Source of the DNA: Thermoanaerobaculia bacterium
GTDB taxonomy: Bacteria > Acidobacteriota > Thermoanaerobaculia > Multivoradales > JAGPDF01
Length of the DNA: 64,000 nt
Assembly (NCBI GenBank): GCA_963699245.1
Contig: OY969426.1
Location: 216,695 to 280,694 of the forward strand
Direction of reading: 5' to 3'
The notes below the pieces were generated by a model, which saw only the letters and a list, made by a program, of their open reading frames with translations, had not been told where the DNA came from and searched no databases. Positions within the stretch are counted from its first letter, which is position 1; every line of letters begins with the position of its first letter. The translations under genes and the position numbers were made by a program. This document shows, piece after piece, positions 36,798-45,728 of the stretch.

Positions 36798-38114
36798 TCA
36801 GCGCGCCACGATGGTGCGCAGCTTGCCACCCGGCGTGAGGGCGATGGAGTCGACGCGCTCGACCCGCGTCGGGCGAGGGGGAGCCACCAGGCGGTCGAAG
36901 ATCGTCGCGACCGTCTCGCGGTCGGCCGCCGCACGCGGCAGGTCGCGTTGGACGAGCAGGATCTGCAGGCTCCGGTCGGCCTCCTGGATTGCCTGAAAGT
37001 CGACCACGCTCGCCATCACCGGACGCATCGCCTCGACCGCCTGGCGCGGGCCGACGCTCGCACCGGCCGCCGTGCGGAGGACGTCGCGCGCGCGGCCCGC
37101 GACGGTGCCGAAGACCGGCAGCCCCCGCCCGCAGGAGCAGACCGTCGACTCTGGAGCGATCGCCCGGTCGCCGACCCGGTAGCGAAGGAAGGGCGTCGCC
37201 GGATTGTGCAGCGCGGTGAGCAGGACGTCGCCGGTCTCGCCGGGCGCGGCGGGGGAGCCGTCGGCGCGCACGATCTCGGCGAGGATCCCTTCGGCCGGGA
37301 CGTGCAGCGAGCCGCCCTCGACGCATTCGTGGGCGACCAGACCGGTCTCCATGGTCGCGTAGCGCTCGTAGACCGGGCAAGCAAAGGCCTCGCCGAGAGC
37401 TTTCCGGTAGTGCTCGTGCAAGTGGTTGCCGCCGCTCCAGCAGGCGCGCGCCGGCACGCGGCGCCCCTCTTCGATCAACGCGAGCGCCACCACATAGAGC
37501 GCGTTCGAGACTCCCCAGACGAGCGCCGGTGGATGGCGCTCGGCCGAACGAATGAGGCGCGCGACGACCCGGCGGTCCACGATCGTCGGCGCGTGCAGGG
37601 CGTCGGCATTGAGCAGGAGCGCCGAGAGCCGCTGGGCCGGCCCGACGGGACGGCAGCGCACTTCCAGCCGGCGCTCGCCGATGGCGGCACCGAGCCAGGC
37701 ATGGGCGCGCGCCTCGCAGGCGTCGCGCCAGCGCATCTCGGAGAGGGGCCAGAGAAAGTGCACCGGCCTGCCGAGCGAGCCGGAGCTGCGCGCCTTCATG
37801 CCCCAGCTCCCCGGAGCGCGAAGGCCGGCGAGGCCGAGACGTTCGACCTCCTCGCGCTCGAGGATCGGCAGCCGCCGCACGTCCTCGAGCGAGCGGAGAT
37901 CTTCCGGCGCGACCCCCGCCGTCGCGAAGCGCTCGCGGTAGAAGGGAATCCGCCGCGCGGCGGCGACGAGCTCCCGCAGGCGGCGCAACTGGAGCTCCTC
38001 GACCTTCTCGCGCGGCCACCATTGGCTCGCCTCGAGCAGCGCGAGCTCGGGGCCCGGGCGTGCGGGATGGGCGTACCAGAGGGGCCTGGCGATTCGTTCA
38101 CGCCAACCCGGCAT
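36798..38114 (-). CDS. PaaK/F390-synthetase-like adenylate-forming enzyme (CapK-like)
   Basis: ATG at 38114: ...QLRRLRELVAAARRIPFYRERFATAGVAPEDLRSLEDVRRLPILEREEV...ARSSGSLGRPVHF...YATMETG...LRYRVGDR. Intact, 438 aa. Confidence 0.7.
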   Translation of the reverse strand: MPGWRERIARPLWYAHPARPGPELALLEASQWWPREKVEELQLRRLRELVAAARRIPFYRERFATAGVAPEDLRSLEDVRRLPILEREEVERLGLAGLRAPGSWGMKARSSGSLGRPVHFLWPLSEMRWRDACEARAHAWLGAAIGERRLEVRCRPVGPAQRLSALLLNADALHAPTIVDRRVVARLIRSAERHPPALVWGVSNALYVVALALIEEGRRVPARACWSGGNHLHEHYRKALGEAFACPVYERYATMETGLVAHECVEGGSLHVPAEGILAEIVRADGSPAAPGETGDVLLTALHNPATPFLRYRVGDRAIAPESTVCSCGRGLPVFGTVAGRARDVLRTAAGASVGPRQAVEAMRPVMASVVDFQAIQEADRSLQILLVQRDLPRAAADRETVATIFDRLVAPPRPTRVERVDSIALTPGGKLRTIVAR

Positions 38115-39631
38115 CAGATCTCCCTCTCTCCGCGTTCGAGCAGCGCCGTCCCCGAGAGTCCTTCGAGGTCGGCGCCGAGCAGCGCGCAGGCGGTGGCGCC
38201 GAGATCGGTGAGCCGCGGCGGGCGGCCGGGATCGAGCGGCCGCGCGCGGGCGGGCAGCAGGAGCGCCCAGGCGTCGTCGACGTGGTTTCCCGAGCGCCCG
38301 CTGCCGACACCGTCGCGCGCGATGTTGCCGAAACGCGGCGAGCGGACGCGGTCGGCGCCCGCCGCCGGCCGGTCGTTCCAGAAGACGACGAGGTCGGGAA
38401 GCCCCGCCGAGTAGCTCTCGCCGCCCGCGATCTCCGACATCGGCAGGACGCGCTCGACGGTGCGCGTGCCGTCCGGTTCGAGAAAGGTGTTCAGTCCCTC
38501 GGCGATCTCCGCCGCCAGCGCCTGGACCGAGGCGGGATCGACGACGCCGTCGCGCTCGCGCCCACCGAGGTTGAACCGGATGTAACCCTTGTTCTCGCCC
38601 GGCACCGCGATCGCGCGTGGCGGCGGGCCGGCGCGCCGCAGGTAGAGGCGGGTCGTGAGGTCGGCGACGAGATCGTCGGGGAGGGCACGCGCCATCCGGG
38701 AGCGCCAGCGTGCGGGCACCGACGCCCGCAGCTTCCAGATCGGCGAGCGTGGCGCCGCGCTCGCCGGGCGCCGCCCGCCCGCCAGGACAGCGTCGAGCAT
38801 GGCGGGAAGGATGTCGGCGCGGCTGGTGTTCGCCGCCATGCCGGTGGGCGAGAAGACGACCAGGTCGGCGTCGGACGGCAAGGCGGCGACGATGCGGCCG
38901 ATCGCCGCGTCCACCGCGACGTAGACCTCCTCGATGGCGCGCCCCAGCGACTGCTCCGCCGCCGCGTCGAGCGGCTCGTCGATGACGCTGCTGGCGTCCC
39001 AGAACTGGTGCCCGGCCTTGTGCGCGGCGGGGAAGTTGACCCAGACGAAGTCGAAGCTCTCCCGCTCCAACAGGGCCAGGGTGGCGTCGGCGGCGCGCCC
39101 GGGGGCGGCCGCCAGGTGGCGTCGCCACTCGAGCAGCGTGGCGACGCTGCGCGTGCCGTAGACGTCGTCGAGGGGAGGCGGCGGACCGAACCGGCGCGCC
39201 AAGTCGCGGCGGACGGAGCGAGGAAGGGCGCGGTTCTGCAGCACCATCCGATCCTCGAAACCCCAGCCGCAGAGATAGACACCGGCCATTTCGCGCGGGG
39301 GCCAGGCGAGAAGCGGATCGACGATCAGCGAGCGCCGCCCGGCGCGGCCGAGGCGTTCCCAGATCGTCTCCGGCTTGTCGAAGGTCTGGGCGAAGCGGGC
39401 GCGCTGCTCGGCCGCCGACCAGAGGAAGGCCGAGTAGATACCGTGCCGGCGGACGTCGATGCCGGTGCAGAGCGTGGGGTAGGTCGCCGATTGCAGGATG
39501 GTGGCGCGCGCGTCGAGGCTCTGCCAGTCGCCGCGCTGGCGGAGGCCGGCGAGCGCCGGCAGACGGCCTGCGGCCAGCAATCGTTCGACGAGCGGAAGCG
39601 CGGGTGAGTCGAACTGCAGGAAGACCAGCAT
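38114..39631 (-). CDS. Alkaline-phosphatase-superfamily protein (type I phosphodiesterase / nucleotide pyrophosphatase-like)
   Basis: MLVFLQFDSPALPLVERLLAAGRLPALAGL...SATYPTLCTGIDVRRHGI (NPP-type metal-Asp and nucleophile-Thr region), VWVNFPAAHKAGHQFW, VVFSPTGM, SGNHVDD. The stop overlaps the next ATG by 1 nt (TGATG). Confidence 0.65.
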   Translation of the reverse strand: MLVFLQFDSPALPLVERLLAAGRLPALAGLRQRGDWQSLDARATILQSATYPTLCTGIDVRRHGIYSAFLWSAAEQRARFAQTFDKPETIWERLGRAGRRSLIVDPLLAWPPREMAGVYLCGWGFEDRMVLQNRALPRSVRRDLARRFGPPPPLDDVYGTRSVATLLEWRRHLAAAPGRAADATLALLERESFDFVWVNFPAAHKAGHQFWDASSVIDEPLDAAAEQSLGRAIEEVYVAVDAAIGRIVAALPSDADLVVFSPTGMAANTSRADILPAMLDAVLAGGRRPASAAPRSPIWKLRASVPARWRSRMARALPDDLVADLTTRLYLRRAGPPPRAIAVPGENKGYIRFNLGGRERDGVVDPASVQALAAEIAEGLNTFLEPDGTRTVERVLPMSEIAGGESYSAGLPDLVVFWNDRPAAGADRVRSPRFGNIARDGVGSGRSGNHVDDAWALLLPARARPLDPGRPPRLTDLGATACALLGADLEGLSGTALLERGEREI

Positions 39632-39636
39632 CGTCG

Positions 39637-41226
39637 TCACTCCGCCAGCGTCCGGAGGGCCGGGATCTTGCCGCCGGCGGTGGCGTGGGGAGCGTCGCGC
39701 AGGACGCGCAGCGTCTGTCCCTCTTTCCAGACGTCCGCCATCAACCGCTGTCCGGCGCCGCGGGCGCGCAGGAAGGCGAGGACGCTTTCGACGACACGTC
39801 GCTCGTCGAGCTCGCCGACCTCGGGGCGCACCAGGAGGCTGACGACCGGCAGGCCGTCCCGCTCCCGTTCGAGGAGCTGATAGTCGGTCGGGCGGCCGCC
39901 GAAAGTGGCCGGCAGATGATCCTCGACGAGGCCGAGCAGGTCGACGCCCAGCAGGTGCATCCCTTCGCTGGTCAGTTTCTCGTAGCTGCGGATGGTGTGC
40001 AGGCGGGTTCGGAAGCCCGCCGGCAGCGCACCGCAGCCGCAGTCGCTCGGTTCCCGCACGCCGGTGTCGCCGCTCTCGACGTTGATCATCAGCTTCGGCG
40101 AGGCCGGGTGCAGCGTCGTGTGGACGAGGGCCGGCAGCTCGACGCCGAGGGATCCGAAACGGCGCGGTCGCTCGATCGTCGCGACCTTGTCGTCGAGCAG
40201 GTGGACGGCGTCGGGCTGTCCCGCGGCGCAGCAGGCGAGGCCGATCAGGCCCGCTTCGGTCATGGCGTAGTGGCAGAAAGCCCGGCTGCTGGTGCGCGCG
40301 ACGACTTCCGCGCGCGCGGCGGTGTAGGGCTCGCCGACCAGGACGAAGAGCGTGTCGCGGATGTCGAGCCCCTCGTCGAGCGCGGCGGCGCAGACGCGCA
40401 CTCCACCGCTGACGGTCGTCGAGAGAAGCGCCGGCGTTTCCTGGTCGCGCTGCTGCGCGAGCCAGCGGGCGATGCGCGCGGCGGCGCGGGCAGGCGCGAA
40501 CTCGGGCGTTGGCAGGGGAGCCCCGGCGAGCCGGCTGGCGAGCAGCGCGGCGCGGGTGAAGAGCGCGTGACGCAGCTCGCTGTCCTGCAGCCGGTTCTGC
40601 GCGAACCAGCGCTCGGCCGGCTGTCCGAGGCGAGCCTGAATGAGGGCGCACTTGAGGCCGACCGCGCCGGGCGGCGCCAGGTGCCAGATGCCGACCGGGC
40701 GGCCAGTCGCTCCGGCGGCGGCGAGGAAGAGCGCGTGGTAGGCGCTCTCGTGCTCGAGCAGGTCGAGATCGACGAGCACCGCGCGCGCCGCGCCGGTCGA
40801 GCCGCCGGTCTGCGCGGCATAGTGCCGGCGGGTGAGCGGGTTGTCGAAGTCCCCGGCGTGCGTGTCGAGGTCGAGGCCAGGGCGCGCGATCGGGCTTCGT
40901 CCCTTGAACTCTTCGAGCGAGAGACGAACGCCGGCATCGTGGAGCTTCTCGAGCGTGGTCTCGAGGCCCTCCGTCGCGAGCAGGGACTCGATGTCTCCCG
41001 GCGTCACGCCGGCCCAGGCGAGCAACCGGCGATAGGGACTGCCGGGCCGCTCGTGGACGGCGAGGCGAAGGAGGTCCGCGAAGGCGGACTCGCGCTCGGC
41101 AAGGCGGCGCTCGAGCCGCGCGCGCGGATCGCCGGAAGCGGCGGGTCGGGCGAGAAAGGGGCCGAGTCCGCGCAGGAATTCCCCCGCTGAGCGTAGCTCG
41201 CGGGCGCGCGCGCGGACTCGCATCAT
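39637..41226 (-). CDS. PaaK-like / acyl-protein-synthetase-like adenylate-forming enzyme (second copy, divergent)
   Basis: ATG at 41226. AAQTGGSTGAARAVLVD (A3-like core), YAMTEAG, IRSYEKLTSEGMH. Intact, 529 aa. Only 5 nt separate it from the downstream ATG. Confidence 0.6.
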   Translation of the reverse strand: MMRVRARARELRSAGEFLRGLGPFLARPAASGDPRARLERRLAERESAFADLLRLAVHERPGSPYRRLLAWAGVTPGDIESLLATEGLETTLEKLHDAGVRLSLEEFKGRSPIARPGLDLDTHAGDFDNPLTRRHYAAQTGGSTGAARAVLVDLDLLEHESAYHALFLAAAGATGRPVGIWHLAPPGAVGLKCALIQARLGQPAERWFAQNRLQDSELRHALFTRAALLASRLAGAPLPTPEFAPARAAARIARWLAQQRDQETPALLSTTVSGGVRVCAAALDEGLDIRDTLFVLVGEPYTAARAEVVARTSSRAFCHYAMTEAGLIGLACCAAGQPDAVHLLDDKVATIERPRRFGSLGVELPALVHTTLHPASPKLMINVESGDTGVREPSDCGCGALPAGFRTRLHTIRSYEKLTSEGMHLLGVDLLGLVEDHLPATFGGRPTDYQLLERERDGLPVVSLLVRPEVGELDERRVVESVLAFLRARGAGQRLMADVWKEGQTLRVLRDAPHATAGGKIPALRTLAE

Positions 41227-41363
41227 GAGCGGAGCACTCCGTTCGACTCGGGATCTGGAGGAATCGCTCGCGATGATACTCTGCGCCGATCCGATTCCGT
41301 GCTGGTGAGAGCGGAAGTCCCGCGACTGGGCCGCCGGGCCTCGTCCCGGCGGGAGGAGAAGGG

Positions 41364-42167
41364 ATGACCTCCGCGCTGTCCGCAAGTTCCCGCTACTGGG
41401 ACGAGACGATCCATCGAGTCCGGGACGCCGCTCCGAGCGGCGCCTGGTACCCGTATATGCGGCGGGTGTACGGAGCGCTCGTCGGCGACTGGCTGGCGCC
41501 GGACAGGGGTCCGATGCTCAAGACCGACCTGTTCGAGGAGGCCGTGAGCGCGCATCATCCGCTGCTCGACCTCGGCGAGCAGGCCATGGGCATCGACCTT
41601 TCGCTGCGCACCGCTCGCTTCGCGCGGCGGCGAGCGCCGTCCGCGGCGAGATCGCGTCTCCTGGTCGCCGATCTGCGCGCGCTCCCGCTCGCCTCGAACT
41701 CGCTGCCCGGAATCCTCTCCGGCTCGTCGCTCGATCACTTCAGCGAGCGCCCGCACCTGGTCGAGGGCCTGCGCGAGCTGGCCCGCGTGCTCGCTCCCGG
41801 CGGCACTCTCCTGCTGACGCTCGACAATCCCCACAATCCGGTCGTCTGGCTTCGCAATCGGCTCCCATTCGGCCTGCTCGAGAGGCTCGGCTTCGTGCCC
41901 TATTTCGTCGGCGTCACGCTCACGAGGGCGGAGGCGGAACGCGAGCTGGCCGCCGCGGGCCTGCGCGTCGTCGAGCGCCGCGCGGTGGCCCACGCGCCGC
42001 GTGTACCGGCGATCTGGGCGGCGAAGGCCGTGGCCTGGCTGGGATTGGGGGAGGAGCCGCTGGTCGCGTTCCTCGTCGCCTTCGAGCGGCTCGCCGGCTG
42101 GCCGACCCGCTTCCTGACCGGCTACTACCTCGCCTTTCGCGCGATCAAGGACGAGGCTCCGGAGTGA
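41364..42167 (+). CDS. Class I SAM-dependent methyltransferase
   Basis: GGAGGAG RBS. LLDLGEQAMGIDLS (motif I-like), ADLRALPLASNSLPGIL, LAPGGTLLLTLDN. Divergent from the ligase operon (137-bp spacer). Confidence 0.65.
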   Translation: MTSALSASSRYWDETIHRVRDAAPSGAWYPYMRRVYGALVGDWLAPDRGPMLKTDLFEEAVSAHHPLLDLGEQAMGIDLSLRTARFARRRAPSAARSRLLVADLRALPLASNSLPGILSGSSLDHFSERPHLVEGLRELARVLAPGGTLLLTLDNPHNPVVWLRNRLPFGLLERLGFVPYFVGVTLTRAEAERELAAAGLRVVERRAVAHAPRVPAIWAAKAVAWLGLGEEPLVAFLVAFERLAGWPTRFLTGYYLAFRAIKDEAPE

Positions 42168-42780
42168 CCGCCGGCGCTTCGGCCTTCGGCGGGTCGATCA
42201 TGATGTGCGCGCCGGCGGTGCCGGGGAACATCAGCCAGGGGGCGCCGGGCGCCGAAGGGGAGAGCGGCAGGCCGGTCGACTCCTGGGTGGCGTAGGGGAT
42301 GTAGACGACGAAGCGGAGGTAGGCGTCGTCGACCGTGCCGGTCGCCGCATCGTAGCCCTTGCCGGTCAGGACGTAGAGAGTCGCCGGAGTCTTCGGCATC
42401 GGCAGCGTGCCGGCGTCGGTCTCCTGCCAGCGGCGCATCATGCGGTCCTCGCCCTTGATTCCCTGGGCGACCAGCTCGCGGCCGCGCTTCATGAAGGGCT
42501 CGAGCGAGACGTGGTAGCAGGCGACGCTGAAATGGTCGTCGCCGGGCGTGTCGGCGAGGCAGATCAGGTCGTTGGTGCCGGCGCGTAGGGTAACCAGCGC
42601 GCCCGCCGGGTCGTAGCCGAGCACGGTGGCGCCGGCGCGGCGGTCCTCGGGCGCGGCGAGAACGGCGGCGGCGATCTGCTGGCCGGCGGGCGGGGGCGCG
42701 GGCGCCGCCGCCCCGGATCGATTCGCGGCGCCCAGCCCGATCAACGCGAGCAGCGTCACCACCGTCGTTCTCGTCCTCAT
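42145..42780 (-). CDS. Secreted hypothetical protein (paralogue 1)
   Basis: GAGGA RBS and signal peptide VVTLLALIGLGAA. QQIAAAVLAAPEDRRAGATVLGYDPAGALVTLRAGTNDLICLADTPGDD. Confidence 0.6.
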   Translation of the reverse strand: MRTRTTVVTLLALIGLGAANRSGAAAPAPPPAGQQIAAAVLAAPEDRRAGATVLGYDPAGALVTLRAGTNDLICLADTPGDDHFSVACYHVSLEPFMKRGRELVAQGIKGEDRMMRRWQETDAGTLPMPKTPATLYVLTGKGYDAATGTVDDAYLRFVVYIPYATQESTGLPLSPSAPGAPWLMFPGTAGAHIMIDPPKAEAPAVTPEPRP

Positions 42781-42802
42781 GTCGTTTCCTCTCGGCCGGC
42801 GC

Positions 42803-43381
42803 TCAGTGCACCGGCACCATCAGGTGCTCGTAAGGGGTGTCGGCCCACATCACGTAGGGCGCGGAGGTGTCCGGCTCTGCAGCGCGCGGATAACCCGCCA
42901 TCATCGTGGCGGCGCCGACGATCATCAGATGGGGCCCGGTCTTGACCCAGTGATTGTTGGGAGCCGGCGCGGCGGCGTAGGGGTCGGTGTTGCTGGCGTC
43001 GGTGCCCCCTTCGAGCATGTAGATCATGCCGACCTTGCCCTGCGCCGGCTGCAGGTGATTCAGCCAGGCGCCGATCCACGCCATCGCGTTGGCGTCGGCG
43101 CACATCGGGTCGGGTCCCGGCGTCGCCGGGCTGTCCGGAAGGCAGGTCCAGCCGTTCGTCCCTTTGCGGACGGTGCGCTGCGTGCCGTCCTCGTTGAAGG
43201 CGATGATCGTCGCGGCCTTCGTGATGGTCGCCGGGGCCGCTTTCATGGCACTGGCGATGATCTGGTCGTCGCTCGGCTTCGCGGCGCCCTGCGCCGCGAG
43301 CGGCGCCGCGGCGGTGAACGCCGCGACGGCGACGAGGGTCGTGAGGACATCGGAAACCGACAACACACGAGCGTCGCGCAT
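42803..43381 (-). CDS. Secreted hypothetical protein (paralogue 2)
   Basis: AGGAGG RBS, then ATG at 43381. Signal peptide LTTLVAVAAFTAAAPLAAQ. DQIIASAMKAAPATITKAATIIAFNEDGTQRTVRKGTNGWTCLPDSP shares the pattern QII-A--AAP...GTN--CL-D-P with its neighbour. Confidence 0.6.
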   Translation of the reverse strand: MRDARVLSVSDVLTTLVAVAAFTAAAPLAAQGAAKPSDDQIIASAMKAAPATITKAATIIAFNEDGTQRTVRKGTNGWTCLPDSPATPGPDPMCADANAMAWIGAWLNHLQPAQGKVGMIYMLEGGTDASNTDPYAAAPAPNNHWVKTGPHLMIVGAATMMAGYPRAAEPDTSAPYVMWADTPYEHLMVPVH

Positions 43382-43475
43382 CCTGACCTCCTGATTCGGT
43401 TGTGGGGCTCGAAAGCAAGCTAGCACAGCTGGCCGGCGGAAGGAGCGCCGGTCCGAGGAGTCCGGGTGCCGGGAG

Positions 43476-45635
43476 CTAGTGCCAGGTGAATTCGAGCCGG
43501 TCGACGTCGACGGCGGCGCGGCCGCCGGGCGGGTCGGCGTCGACCCGGAGCTCGAGCTCGTCCCCCGGCCGCCAGTCGACCGGCGCCAGCTTTTCGACCC
43601 GCCAGGAGTCGCCCGGCGCCACTCTCCAGGCGCCGAGCCGGCGATCGCCGCTCGCGAGCTCGAGCGTCGTCCCGCCCGTGCTTCCCGGCGCGGCGCGGAA
43701 GCGCGCCGCGACCACGACCCGATCGCCGCCGGGGATCGGCCGGAGGGAGGCGGCCTGGGCGCCGAAGAGCCGCCAGCCGCCGGTGAAGCGGGTGCGGTCC
43801 GGCATCCAGCGATCGGGCTCGAGCGTGCCGCCGCCCTTGTAGACCCAGGGATCCTCGAGCTCGGCGACGCGGGTCGGCAGCTCGTGCGCCGCGACGATCG
43901 CGGCGGCGCTCGCCAGCAGCAGCGCCGCCGCCGCCGGGTTCCAGGCGTGCCGGGTCGCGCCCGGTGCGGCGCGGCGTGCCAGGAGCACGAGGGCGAGCGC
44001 GACCGCCGGGAAGAGCCAGGTCGCGAGGCGGGGACGAATCATGCTCGGCAGCAGGCGCGCGAAGTCCGCCCGGAACGGCGCCGTGGCGAGGTCGAGCAGC
44101 TGCGTCCGCCCGTCGGCGAAGCTCAGCGACCAGCGAGGCTCGATCAGCGCGGCGAGCGCGAAGGCGGCGCCGGCGCCGAAAAGCGCCGCGTGGAAGAAGC
44201 GCTCGATGGGGCGCGGCGGGCGGGCGAGCTCGGCGGCGAGCGCCGCGGTGAGCAGCGGCAGCAGGACGATGCCGAAGCGGAAGGGGGGACACCAGCCGCC
44301 GTACCACTCCCGGATCGAAGTCACGAGCAGAAGATAGGGAACGAAAGCGGCGAAGGCCCAAAGGGCCTCGCGCCGCCGCCGGAGGAGCAGCGCCGCGCCG
44401 GGAATGGCGAGGAACCAGAAAGGGGCGCCGCCCGCGAGGCCGAAAGCGCTGTCGAAGAAGAGGCCGGCGATGCGCGGCAGGTTCGCCAGCGTCGGGAGGT
44501 CGTCGGCGATCCAGCGCGAGAGGTCGTAGACGCGGAGCAGCCGTCCGACGCGGCTCCAGTTCCAGAGCATCGCGAATCCCGCCGCCGCGCCGACGCCGAG
44601 CAGGGCGAGAGCGCGCAGGCGCGGCGCGACGGCGCGCCGGAAGAGCGCCTGCAGCGCCAGCGGGCCGGCGAGGAGCAGGAAGCGCAGCTTGAGGAGGGGG
44701 AGCAGCAGGAGCGCCAGAGCGGTCGTCAGCGCTGAGCGGGCGCTCTGGCGCGGCGCCACCTCCGGCCGCCTCGCCAGCGCTTCGAGGGCGATCGCCACGG
44801 CGAGCGCGGCGAGGACCTCGAGCCAGACGGTGTGGGCGAAGAGCAGCAGCGGCAGCAGGAAGCTGGCGGCGAGCCAGGCGCGGAAGGCACCGCGGCCGGG
44901 CACGCTCCAGGCGATCGCGGCGCGATAGAGACGCTCCGAGAGGAGCGCCCAGACGAACATGAGGGCGAGGCGAACGCCGAGCGTTCCGCCCGCCGCCCAG
45001 AAAGGGGCGAGGAAGACCGGAAAGAGCGACTCGTGGCGCGAGTAGATCTGGCCGGCGGGACCGAGCGGGTCGCCCGGCTGCGGCGCGAGGGGCCGCGGGG
45101 CGATACGGCGCCAGACGTCGCCCCGATATTCGTCGCGCAGGTCGAAGTCGTGGTCGCTCGCCACGCTCTCGGCGAGGAGGAGATAGTAGGGCTCGTCCCC
45201 CGCCGGCACGGCGACGGCGTCGACCCAGGGCAGCACCGCGAAACCGGCGGCGAAGGCGGCGAGAGCGAGCGGACGCGTCGATCCTCTCGCCACCTGCCGC
45301 CGCAGCGCCGGCAGGTGGCTGCGGAGCCGCCAGGCGACCAGGAGCACGAAGCCGCCGAAGAGATAGCGCGGTGCGGCGGCCCGCAGACCGAGCTGGGGCT
45401 CGAGCAGCGCCGCGAGGATCCATGCCGGCCAGAGCACGCGCTCGGCAGGGCTCCAGCGCCCTGTCCTCTTGCCTCCCACCGTCTGGCGCAACGTGGCGAA
45501 GAGCGCGGCGGCGAGCGGCAGCCCCCAGAGCGTCGCGCGCAAGCCGGGATGGAGATCCCGCGGCAGCAGCCAGGCGGCGGCGATCGTCGCGGCGAGGCCG
45601 CCAAGGAAGGGCGCGGCGCGCCGCAGGAGGAGCAC
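43476..45635 (-). CDS. Polytopic membrane protein, GT-C-fold glycosyltransferase-like (PMT_2/GT39-like) with C-terminal soluble beta-rich domain
   Basis: GTG start. More than 10 hydrophobic segments. First-loop acidic motif GDEPYYLLLAESVASDHDFDLRDEY. The C-terminal ~170 aa are non-hydrophobic (WVYKGGGTLEPDRWM...VDVDRLEFTWH). Intact, 719 aa. Confidence 0.55.
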   Translation of the reverse strand: MLLLRRAAPFLGGLAATIAAAWLLPRDLHPGLRATLWGLPLAAALFATLRQTVGGKRTGRWSPAERVLWPAWILAALLEPQLGLRAAAPRYLFGGFVLLVAWRLRSHLPALRRQVARGSTRPLALAAFAAGFAVLPWVDAVAVPAGDEPYYLLLAESVASDHDFDLRDEYRGDVWRRIAPRPLAPQPGDPLGPAGQIYSRHESLFPVFLAPFWAAGGTLGVRLALMFVWALLSERLYRAAIAWSVPGRGAFRAWLAASFLLPLLLFAHTVWLEVLAALAVAIALEALARRPEVAPRQSARSALTTALALLLLPLLKLRFLLLAGPLALQALFRRAVAPRLRALALLGVGAAAGFAMLWNWSRVGRLLRVYDLSRWIADDLPTLANLPRIAGLFFDSAFGLAGGAPFWFLAIPGAALLLRRRREALWAFAAFVPYLLLVTSIREWYGGWCPPFRFGIVLLPLLTAALAAELARPPRPIERFFHAALFGAGAAFALAALIEPRWSLSFADGRTQLLDLATAPFRADFARLLPSMIRPRLATWLFPAVALALVLLARRAAPGATRHAWNPAAAALLLASAAAIVAAHELPTRVAELEDPWVYKGGGTLEPDRWMPDRTRFTGGWRLFGAQAASLRPIPGGDRVVVAARFRAAPGSTGGTTLELASGDRRLGAWRVAPGDSWRVEKLAPVDWRPGDELELRVDADPPGGRAAVDVDRLEFTWH

Positions 45636-45728
45636 GGCGCAAGTCTATGCGCGGGTGAGGTGCGCACCGCTTACAAGCGGGGCACGCGGGAGAGAGCCGG
45701 GCGCACGGTAGACTCCGCGTCCCGGCTC

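Noticed and set aside
35752-38022. Long antisense or off-frame ORFs rich in R/P/A/G (this one, and also 16763-18217, 46618-48543, 47286-48830, 47543-49342, 61530-63602, 14866-15918, 5914-6930, 23501-25675)
   Set aside because: No recognisable motifs, extreme composition, and each overlaps a gene with clear family signatures on the other strand or frame.
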